This document shows, in pieces, positions 13,563 to 23,931 of a DNA stretch of 64,000 nucleotides (positions are counted from its first letter, which is position 1; the number at the start of each line of letters is the position of its first letter). The stretch is from Scenedesmus sp. PABB004 (lineage: Eukaryota), in NCBI GenBank assembly GCA_014905635.1, contig JABVCE010000024.1, positions 186,001 to 250,000 of the forward strand, written 5' to 3'. The translations under genes were made by a program, and so were the position numbers. The notes beneath the pieces were generated by a model. It saw nothing but the letters and a program-made list of their open reading frames with translations, searched no databases and was not told where the DNA came from.

Positions 13563-15778
13563 ATGGCCCACGGCATGGATATGCAGCCGGACGAGGAAAG
13601 CGAGTGGCTAGAGGTGCGCCGGCGGCCGGCGGCCGCTCGCCGCCACGCCGGCGCAGCCGGCGCCGCCGCCGGCGCCGCCGCCGCACGCGCCCCAGCGCGC
13701 CCCGCCTCCGCTCCAGACGGTGCTGGGCGAGGAGGAGTTCATGGCGCTGGCGCAGAAGCTGCGGGCGTGGAACACGGGCAAGGACTTCCTCCAGCTCGTC
13801 GCCGACGGCCGGCGGCCGGACGTGGTCTTCCTCACCGAGGGGTGCGCCCGGACCAGCGGGCGCGCTCGAAATGGGGGCCGCCGGCCCGCGTGCAGCGGCG
13901 GCGTGGCGGGCGCGCCGGCGCCGCTGCCGCAGCGCCGCCGCCGCCGCGGCCCCGCGCGGGACGCGGCGCGGCCGCCCTGGCGCCGCGCCCCACGCGTCGC
14001 GCCGCGCGTCGCCGCGCCCGCCGTGGCGCCACCGCGCAGGTACCACAAGCAGCAGTCGCTCGCGTTCAACGCGCAGCTGCCCGACATGCTGCGCCTCGCC
14101 GACGCGGACGACGTCGACCCGCCGCCCTGGCCGCACTGGCACGCCGCCGAGCAGGGGCACGCGCACGGCGGGGCGGACGAGCACGACGAGCACCCGGAGC
14201 CGTTTGGTGCGCGCGCGCCGCAGCAGCAGCGCGACGCCGCCGCTGCGCGTGATGCCGTCGCCGCCGCGGCCCCGCCGGGCCCCGCCCACGCGCGCGCGCC
14301 GCCGCGCCCGCGCGCGCGCGCGCAGGCGTGGTGGAGCGCTGCCGCGTGCTCGACGTGGCGTTCCTGCTGAAGCAGCACCCGGAGGAGCTGGAGAGCCCCG
14401 AAATCATGGCGCACCCGCGCCCGCCGGTGCTCTCGGTGCGCCTGATGCTGCAGCAGCTCAGCCCGCCGCCGGAGCTCGCGCCGCCGCCGCCGCCGCCGGC
14501 GCGGCGCCGCGGCAGCGGCAGCGGCAGCGACAGCGACGCCGACAGCGACGCCGACGCCGACGACGCGGCGGCCGCGGCGGCGCGGCCCGCGGCGCCGCCG
14601 CCGGCGCCGGCAGCGCCCGCCGCGCCGGCGGCGCCCGCCGCGCCGGCGCCGCGGCGCGTGGCGAGCGTTGAGTACCCTGTGTTTCACCTCGACAGCAGCG
14701 ACTACATCGTCGCGGCGCCGCTCTTTGAGCGCGGCCTGCGCGCCTGGTCGGCGCTCGTGCGGCGCGACGCGTTTGACATGGTCTGGGACGGCCGACCCTA
14801 CACGTGAGCGCGGTCGCGGCGCGGCAGGCAGCTGCGCGGCGCGGCGCGGCGCGGCAAGGCGCGCGGGCGGCAGCGGCGCGCCGGGCGCGGCGCGCCGACG
14901 CGCGCCCGCGGCGCCGACGCGCGCGCCTCGCGCAGGGGCGCGGTGGCGGGCTACCGGCGGCGCGAGCTCGGGGACCCCTTCCACGCCTCGCCGTGGCGCA
15001 GCATCGTCGTGGAGGCGTGGGACGGCGAGCGCGTGGACAGGCGCGCCCGCGGCCGCGCGGCCCCGCGCGCGCCTGCGCCGCGCGCGGCGGGCACCCGCAA
15101 CCGACGCGCGCCCCGCGACCGACGCGCGGCTGCGTTCCTGCGACCGACGCGTGCCCCGTGACGGACGCACGCCCGCACGCCCGCACGCCCGCACGCCCGC
15201 GCGCCCCGCAGGGACAACGACCCCGAGGACTGGATTTACGGCAACCCCTGGGAGATGCAGCGCCCGCAGGGCTACGTCCCGCCGCCCGCCGCCGCGCCGC
15301 GCGCCGCGCCGTCGGACAGCGCCGGCGGCGGCGCCGGCGGCGCGCCGAGCGAGCCCGAGGGCGTGCGCACGCGCGGGCTACACATCATGCACGCGCCCTG
15401 GACGGCAGAGGGCGCGGCCGCGGCCGCGCGCGCGCGCGCGCGCGCCAACAACAAGCGCCGGCGCGACAGGTGCGCGCGGGCGCACGTCGCGCGGGCGCAC
15501 GCGCACGCTCGCCTCGCGTCCGCGCGCCGCGCCGCCCACGCTCTGCCCGCCCGCTGGTCCGCCCGCGCCCGCCGGGCCCGCCGCCGCCGCGCAGCCGCTC
15601 GCTGAGCGATGACTACATGTACAGTGACGACGACGGCGACGACGGCAGCACGTTTGGGGGCGAGCCCTCCAGCGACTACTGGGCGGACGACCCCGACGAC
15701 CCCGACGCGTTTGGGCGCGCGAGCAAGCAGCGCCGCGGCGCGGCGCGCTCGGCCGGCGCGTCGCGCTCCGCCGCCGGC

Positions 15779-15834
<56 letters not shown>

Positions 15835-18800
15835 GGCAGCGGCGGCGGGCAGCGCGGGCGGCGGCCGCCGCGCAGCGCGGGCGGGCGCGGCCGCGGCCGC
15901 GGCGGCGAGGGCGGCGCCGCGCCCGGCGAGCCGGGCGAGCCGAGCCACAACTACGGGCGCGACATGTTCGGCGTCGGCGAGGGCGTGTGCCTCGTGTGCC
16001 GGCGCGGCGAGGAGGCGGGGCAGCTGCTCAGCGGGCACAGCGGCGTCGCGGGGCAGAAGTGCGCGCGGCGCTACCACCTGGGGTGCCTGCTGCTGCTCAA
16101 CGCGGCGGGCATCCGCTCCGTGGCGTTCTCCAAGACGCAGCTCACGGCGCTGCAGCGCCGCGGCGCGGCGGCGCCGCCGCCGCCGCCCGCGGCGGCAGCG
16201 GGGCCGCAGCCGGCGCAAGACCGAGGCGGCGGCGGCGGCCGAGACGGAGTGCGACGGCCTGCTCGCGGAGCTGCAGCAGCAGCTGGAGCAGCAGGCGGCG
16301 TCCGGCGACGGCGCGGCGGAGCAGGACCAGCGCGGCGGCGACGGCCCGCCGCGCCGCGGCGGCGGTTCGCTGAGCCGCACCGTCGCGGCGGCGGTCGGCG
16401 AGGCTGCCGAGTCGGTCGCGGCGCACCGGCGGGGCGCGTTCAACCTCTGCTGCCCCGCGCACGCGTGCAGCGGCTGCGGGCTGAACGGCAAGCACGAGAT
16501 CATGGTCTGGTGCGCCTGCTGCTGGGTGCGCACCTACCACGGGCGCAACTGCGTGCCGCCGAGCGCCGAGTGGGTTCAGATTGGCGGCAAGGACTACGTG
16601 CGCTGCCCCTACTGCGTGGCCGCGGGCGAGGCGCTGCCCGCGGCGACGCCCGCGCCGGCGGGCGCGGCCGCGGCGTGCGCCGGCGGCGGCGCGCCGGCGG
16701 CGGCGAACGGGGCCGCCGAGCCCGAGGCCACGCCCGAGCCGGCGGCGGCGGAGGCCGGCGACGCGGCGCGGCACGAGGACGCGGCGGACTCTGCCGCCGC
16801 GGCGAGCCTCGCCGCGCTCGCCGCCGCTGCCGAGTGGGCAGACTTCCAGGAGCCGCCCGCGGCGGCGGGCGCCAACGGCGCCACGCCCGAGGCCTCGCCC
16901 GCGCCGGTGGCGGCGGCGGCGGCAGCGGCGCAGGGCGGCGCCGCGGAGGGCTTGGCGCCCGCGCCCGCGCAGCAGGAGCAGCCTGCTGCTGCCGCGCCCG
17001 CGCCGGCGGAGGCGCAGGCCAGCCCGGAGGCCGCACCCGTCGCAGACGCGCCCATGGAGGACGCGCCCGCGGCAGACGCGCCCGCGGCGGCCGAGGCCGC
17101 TGCAGACGCGCCCGTGGCAGACGCGCCAATGGCGGCCGAGCCCGTTGCAGCCGAGCCCGCGGCGGAGGCGGCCGCGGCGGAGGCGCCCGCGGCGGCCGAG
17201 CCTGCGGCAGACACGGCTGCGGCAGACGCGCCTATGGCAGCCGAGCCCGCGGCGGCTGAGCCCGCGGCGGCCGAGCCCGCAGCGGAGGCGCCCGCTGCCG
17301 AGCAGCAGCCGCAGGTCAAGGAGGAGCCGGCTGCGGCGGCGGAGGAGGAGCAGCCTGATGCGGCCGCTGGCAACGCCGACAGCGGCGCCAAGCCCGAGCC
17401 CATGGCCTGCGATGAGGAGCAGGCGCCGGCGGCGCCCGAGGCCGCAGCGGCGACCGCCAACGGCCCGCTGCCGTGCGCGGGCGGCGGCGCGGCGGAGGTC
17501 AAGGCGGAGGCGGAGGCCGAGGCGGGCAGGGCCGAGGCCGACGCCGAGGCGGCTGGCAAGGCCAGCCTGGCGGCCATCCTCGCGGCGCTCACGAACAGCG
17601 CCGGCGGGGTGCACGCGCTCGCGGCGGCGCTGAAGCCGGAGGAGCGCCAGCCCGCGGCGGACGCGGCGCTCGGCGGCGCCATGCTCGCCGCCGCGCTCGC
17701 GGCGGCAGGCTTCCGGGCGCCGGTGGTGCCGGGCGGCGGCGACGTGGACATGCGCGACGCGGCGCCGCTCAGCGACGCCGCGCACAGCCGCGCGCCGTCC
17801 ACGCTGCCGCCCGCGCCGCTGACGTCGTTTGGCTGGGACACCGCCGCGCTGGCGGCCGCGGCGACGGTCCTCCCGCACGCCGCGCCCCTGCAGCTGAGCG
17901 GCAGCGGCGCGCTGTCGTCCGCCGCGTTTGCGGCGCCCGCGGCCAGCACGCCCGCGACGCCCTCCAGCGCGCCCGGCGCGGCGCGGCCGCCCGCGGCGCC
18001 GCGCCCGCCGACCGGCGGCGGCGCCCCGGTGGCGCGCGGCGCGAGCGCCGGCGCGGCCGCCGCGCGCGGCTCGAGCGGCGGCGGCGCCGGCGCCGCCAAG
18101 GCGGGCACGCCGCGCGGCGGCCGCTCCGGCGCGCCGCGCGCGCCGGGCATGCCGGCGTGGCTGCGGCTGAGCCTGGAGGATCAGGAGGTGCGCGCGCCGA
18201 GCTGGCGGCTGGTCGCCGTGCCCGACAGCGACGCCGCGGCCGCGGCCGCGGCGTGGGAGCCGGCCGACGCCGCGGCCGGCGCGGCGGCGGCGGCGGCCGC
18301 GGGGCGCTCGCTCGAGCACATGGCCGCCGCGGTGGAGCGCCTCCCGCCCGCGCTGCTCAAGGCGGCCGCGGCCGCGGCCGACGGCGACGGCGACGCCGCC
18401 GGCGGCGGCGCCGACGGCGGCGGCCTGCCGCTCGCGAGCCCGCACACACACTGGCTCATCGGCAGCCTGAGCAAGGCCGAGTCGGCACGGTTCAAGATCT
18501 CCGGCAGCTGGGCGGGCTGCCCCATCATCGACGTGCCCACGCCCGACGACGGCGTGTTTGGCGTCGCGCTGGTGCTCGACCTGCCGCCAAAGGGCCTCGG
18601 CGCGAGCGGCGGCGGCGGCGGCGCTGGCGCGGGGGGCGAGCCCGCCGCCGCCGGCGAGCCGCCGGCGGCGCGGCAGCGCCCCGCGGTGTACCTGCGCTGC
18701 TGGAAGCCGGTCGTGGAGGGCAGCCGGGGGCAGCAGCGCGTCATGCGGCGCGGCGAGGGCGGCGAGCGGCAGCCCGCGCCCGAGTGGCAGGTGCTGGTCA

Positions 18801-18922
18801 ACGGCCGGCCCTACCCTGGCATGCTGGGCAAGCGCGGCCTGCGCCTGCGCGACGGCGACGAGCTGTACGTGCAGGGGCGGCGCTTCAAGCTGCTCGCGAC
18901 GCGCGCCGGCGGCGAGGCGTGA
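13563..18922 (+). CDS. Putative chromatin protein: BRWD/PHIP ancillary (Tudor-like) domain, PHD-type zinc fingers, Ala/Glu/Pro linker, C-terminal FHA-like domain
   Basis: DVVFLTEG|YH, DYIVAAPLFERGL..W, DPFHASPWRSIVVEAWD and GNPWEM resemble the BRWD/ARF ancillary domain. CLVC..KCARRYHLGCL and CPAHACSGC..WCACC..YH..C..CPYC are PHD-like. VLVNGRP..LRDGDELYVQGRRFK is FHA-like. Two frame changes near 15715-15840 and 16150-16210 are unresolved. Confidence 0.65.
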
Positions 18923-19205
18923 GCACGGCGGCGCGCGCCGGCGGGGGCGGCGGGGCGGGGCGGGGAGGGGAGGCGCGGGGGTTGGGTCGTGCGCGCCACT
19001 TGCCTTTGCCTTTGCCCTGCCTGCGCGCCGGGGACGGCGGCGCGGCGGCCTGACACACTTGCTGCTCTGCGACACCGACACGCGCCCCCGCGAGCGGGCC
19101 GACCCGACGACGACGCTTTTGACGCGCGGCGGGGCACGGGGTTTTGGGAAATGACGGGGACGCAAGGCTGTTGTTGGCAATTCTGCATGCCGCGCGGCCG
19201 CCCCA

Positions 19206-20834
19206 ATGGACGCCCGGCTGCTCGGCGCCGCGCTCCTCGCTGCGGTCGCCGCCGCGCTCGCGCGCCACGCCGCACGCTCGCCCGCGCTCATGCGGGCGCT
19301 GGCCGGCTCCGGCGCCGCTCAGCGGCTGCACATCTTGGCAGGGCAAGGTGCGCGCAGCAGGGCTTGCCGCGCTACGGGCCGAGCAGGGCCACGCGCCGCT
19401 TAGCGACCGCCCGCCGTGCGCGGCGCCGCAGTGCACTCCGGCCTGCAGCGTCGCCTGCCCGGCACGTTCGGGTGCGGGGCCCGCTGCGCCGCGGGGCTGG
19501 CCGCCCCACGCGTCGGGATCGCGAGCGCGGCCGCCGCGCGGATGGCATCGCTCGGCGGCAGGGCTGCGCCGCTGCGGCACCTGCGCTGCTGCTCCCCGCC
19601 GCCTGCCGGCCGCTCAGCGCCAGCTGCAGCGCTCCTCTGCGGGCCGCTGCGGCCCCCTGGCGCGCTCACAGCCTGAATCACCCGCAGCCCGCCCACGCAC
19701 GCGACGCGCGCCGCTGCCACGGCCTCGGCGGCGGGCGCGGCGATGGAGGTGGTCCGCGTGCCGGCGCTGTCGGACAACTACGTCTGGCTCCTGCACGAGC
19801 CGACCGCGGGCGTGACCGCGGTGGTCGACCCCGCGGAGGCGGCGCCCGTCGAGGCCGCGCTGCGCGAGCGGTGCGGCGCCGCGCCGCGCGCCGGGGGAGG
19901 GCTGACTGCGCGCCAGCGCCCGCGCCGCGCCGCGCGCCTCCGAGCCACCTGCGGTGCCCGCCCGCAGCGGCTGGTCGCTGCAGTACGTGCTCAACACCCA
20001 CCACCACCACGACCACACCGGCGGCAACCTGGCGCTCAAGCGGCAGCACCCCGGCCTGCAGGCGCGCGCACACGGCGGCGCGCGCGCCGGGGACGTGGCC
20101 AGGCCCAGGCCGCCGCGCCGCGCGCTCGGGCCCACTTGCCCGCGCCGCCCGTGCCGCGCAGGTCGTCGGGCCGCGAGCTGACGCCGCGCGCATTCCTGGC
20201 ATCGACGTGCAGCTCGGCGACGGCGACCGCTGGGCGCTCGGGGGGCAGGAGATGCGGGTGAGTGCGAGCGAGGCGCGGCTCGCAGCAGACGCGAAAGCAG
20301 GGACAGCACGCCACGCGCGCGCCGCGCCGGCAGGCGGCCAAGAGCGCCGCGCGCGCCCCTCCTCACCGGCCCGCCGTCCGTCGCAGGTGTTTGACACGCC
20401 CGGCCACACGCGGGGGCACATCAGCCTCTGGTTCCCTGGGGCCAAGGCGCTGTTCTGCGGTGCGGCGCGCGCGGCGCGGCCGCTGTGCGCGGTGGGGCGT
20501 CGGCCGGCCGCGGCGCCCGCGCGCCAGCGTTGCCTACCCCCACACGCGGCGCCCGCCGCCGCCGGCCCTCGATGCGCAGGCGACACACTGTTTGCGCTCG
20601 GGTGCGGGCGCCTGTTTGAGGGCGACCCGCAGACGATGTGGGCGTCGCTGTCCAAGCTCACGCCGCTGCCGCGCGACACGTTGGTGTACTGCGCGCACGA
20701 GTACACCCAGGTGGGTCGCACCGCCGGCGCTGGCTGCGCGCGCGCGCGCTTGTGTCTGCATCTGGGACTGGCTGCGGGCGCACGCGCGCGCTCGCCCGCC
20801 GCGCGCTCGCTGGCCCGCCGCCCCCGCCCAGGCA

Positions 20835-20886
<52 letters not shown>

Positions 20887-21302
20887 GGCCGCCGCGGCGG
20901 CCGCCGCCGCCGCGCAGTCCAACGCGCGCTTTGCTGTGACCGTGGACCCGCACAACGCGGCGCTCGCGGCACGCAAGGCGGCCATCGACGAGGCGCGCGC
21001 ACGGGTGCGTGCGGCGGCGGCGGCGGCGCGCAACGGCCGCGCCCGGCGCGTGCGGCTGTGCCGCGCGGCCAGAGCGCGCTGCGCGGCGCCGGCGGCCCGC
21101 CCCCGACGCGCGCACCGCCGTCCGCCGCATGCGCGCCGCGCAGGGCGAGGCGACGGTGCCAAGCCTGCTGGGCGAGGAGCTCGACACCAACCCCTTTCTG
21201 CGTCCACACGACGCGGGCGTGCGCACGGGCGTGGGCGCGGCGCCGGGCGCGGCCGACTGGGAGGTCTTTGGCGCGGTCCGCGCCGCCAAGGACCGCTTCT
21301 GA
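19206..21302 (+). CDS. GLX2: Hydroxyacylglutathione hydrolase (glyoxalase II, metallo-beta-lactamase fold) with N-terminal extension
   Basis: [96 protein letters not shown]. Two upstream exons splice in frame from ATG 19206; the catalytic-domain Met is at 19743. Confidence 0.95.
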
Positions 21303-21658
21303 GGCGGCCGATTATCCCCAGGGCGCGCTGCGCCGCCTCCAGGCTGTGGGGAGAGCGCACAGTGTCACCGGGGGCGCCGCGACGACACTAGCAGACGAGC
21401 GCGCGGGGCGGCAGGCGCGCCGGCGCTCGGCCGGCGAGTGCGCGCGTGCGCAGGCCGGCGCGGGGACGACCGGAGGTGCCGGGGCGGCCGGCAGGAGGCC
21501 GGGGGCTGTGTTGTCGTTGCGCCCTGCACCTGGAACCCGCAACGTCGCGCGCCCAGCGCTTCGGCCGCCGCCCAGCCCGCGCAGGCAGCCCCGTGCCGCG
21601 CACCCCCACGCGTCTCGTCACCCCGCTTCATCCGCCAGTTGCACCCCGCGGCCACGCG

Positions 21659-22257
21659 ATGGCGTTCCAGCTCTCCGCGACGATGCCCCGCGCCTGCGGG
21701 GCCCGCCCGGGCGCGCGCGCCGCGATCGCGGCGCGCCCTGGCGCTCTCGCGGGACCCCGTTGCGCTTATAAGCCGCTGGGCATGCGTGCAAGCGCTCCCG
21801 CGGCCCCCTCGCGCGGGCGCCTGCAGGTGAGCAGCAGGCTGGACATCTCGCGCCCCGCAGCCGCGCCCCAATCGCGCGCGCCCCGTGGGCTCGGCAAGTC
21901 TCGCAGACTGCGCAGCGCGTGATCGGCCGGCGCTGGCCGGGCGCGAGCCAGCGGCGGCGCGGCGCGGCGCAGCAGCGGGGGCCACTCCGCTCACCGTCGC
22001 GTCCGTGCCCGCCGCGGCCGCCGCCCAGGTCGCCGCTAGCGCGTCGGGCGACCTGCCCATCTCCGCCGACACGCTCGGTGCGTCGGCGTCGACCGTGCGC
22101 AACTTTGCGTTTGCGAGCTTCTGGGTGCAGCTGCCGCTGACGGTCGTGTCGGCGTGCGTGCTGTTCTTCGCCATCATGTTCAGCAAAGCGGTGCGCGAGC
22201 AGTTGATCTGATCCGACTGCGGGGAGCGTGGACAGCGGGAGGACGGCGCGCCAGCGG

Positions 22258-22288
<31 letters not shown>

Positions 22289-23378
22289 GCGCCAGCGGCG
22301 GCAGCGAGCACGCGCTCGCGGCACGCCCCACCACACCCACTCACGCACACCCGTCCGTCCACGCGCACACACACACGCACACAATGCACCACACCACGCA
22401 GCCGGGCGACGTGTCGCGCTGGTTCACGCTTGTCGGCATCGCCGCGTCGCTGCTGTCGACCTTCTTTGCCCACGGCTTCCTCACACTCGCCAAGCGCGCG
22501 ATCAACGAGGGCAAGCAGGTCGGCCAGTCCACTGGGGCAGTCGGACCGGGGCAGCCAGCCCGGGGGGCCAGCCCGGGTGAAGGCCGGGGGGAGCGGGCGG
22601 CGCGCGGGCGGGCCCGCAGCGGGCGCAGCATGGCAGCGGGCGCAGCGCGCCAGCAGGCGGCGGCGTGCGGCGGCGCGCAGCCCCAGCGGCAGCCCCCCTT
22701 GACCTCGCCTGCGCCCCACGCCACCGCTGCGCCGCGCCGTGCGCCCGCCCGCGCCGCGCGCCGCGTCCAGGTGAGCCGCAGCTTCCTGGTGCAGAACCTG
22801 GTGCGCAACACCAACATCAACCTCGCCGGCATCGGTATCACCCTCATCGGCCTGCAGGCCTCGGGTGAGCCCAGGCCAGGCGCCGCGCCAGCAGCCGCCG
22901 CAGCAGCCGTCGCAGCAGCCGCCGCGGGCGCCGCAGCCGACGCGGGACGCGCCCTCCGCGCCCCGCCCGCCGCCGCGCGCGCCCCGCGCTCACGGCCCCC
23001 GCCGCGCCGCGCGCCGCGCCGCGCTGCGCGCAGTCGGCACGCTGGTGAGCAAGACGATGCTCGCCGCGACCAACGCGCCCTACGCCGCGCCCGCGCCGGG
23101 CGGCACGCTGATCTCGCTCGACGTCTTCAGCCTGCAGGCGCGCACCGCGGGGGCCAAGCTGCCGCGGCCCGCCCGCCCCGCTCCCTCCCCTCGCTCCCTC
23201 TCTCCCTGCGCGCGCCGCGCCGCGCGTGACCGTCACCGCCGCGCCGTGCGCCGCGCCGCGTGCTCGCCACGCGCAGGCGTCGACCAACACGCTGCTCGCG
23301 CACTTCCTGAGCGTGGTGTTTGCGAACTTCATCATCGGCGCGGTCAACCGTGCCGGCGCCAAGCCCGCGGCCGCGTGA
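21659..23378 (+). CDS. TIC21: Chloroplast inner-envelope TIC21/PIC1 (DUF3611) family protein
   Basis: Transit-peptide-like N-terminus followed by SFWVQLPLTVVSACVLFFA, NLAGIGITLIGLQAS|VGTLVSK and SLDVFSLQ|ASTNTLLAHF, the typical DUF3611 motifs. Confidence 0.88.
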
Positions 23379-23931
23379 GCGGCCAAAGCGCGGCGGGCTC
23401 GCGGCGGCCGAGGGGCGGGCAGCAGCCGCGGCGCGCGGCTGCCGCGGGCGCCCGGCGCGGCGGCGGGGGGAACGGACGAGCCTGTTGTGTGCCCGGCGAC
23501 GTGCGTGGGCGTCGCCGTGTGTTGCTGCTGCTGCTGCGGGTCGCCGCGTGACCACCCCGGTGTTTGTGACCGCGCGCACGCTGCACGCGCCCCCGGCGCC
23601 CGCCAACGACCGCGGGGCACGCGGCCGGCCGCGCGCGCACTTACGATCTGACGACCCGTCTGTGGTGAGGCCGCACTGAACTTCTTTTATGTGGCGAGCT
23701 CCGTTGGTGAAATACACGCCGAATGGGGCGCCGCGGCGCCGCCCGGCTGGACCGCGCAGCTGCGACGCGGCGCGCCCACTCAGCAGCCCGTCCTGCGCGC
23801 TCCACCCGACATCACCGCGCAGCCCCCCACGACCCACCAGCCGCGCAGGCAGCGCCGATCGCCCCACCCGCCGCCCGCGAGCCTCCCAGACGCCCGCGCC
23901 ACCCGCCGCGCGCTGAGCCTTCCGCGCCCCC

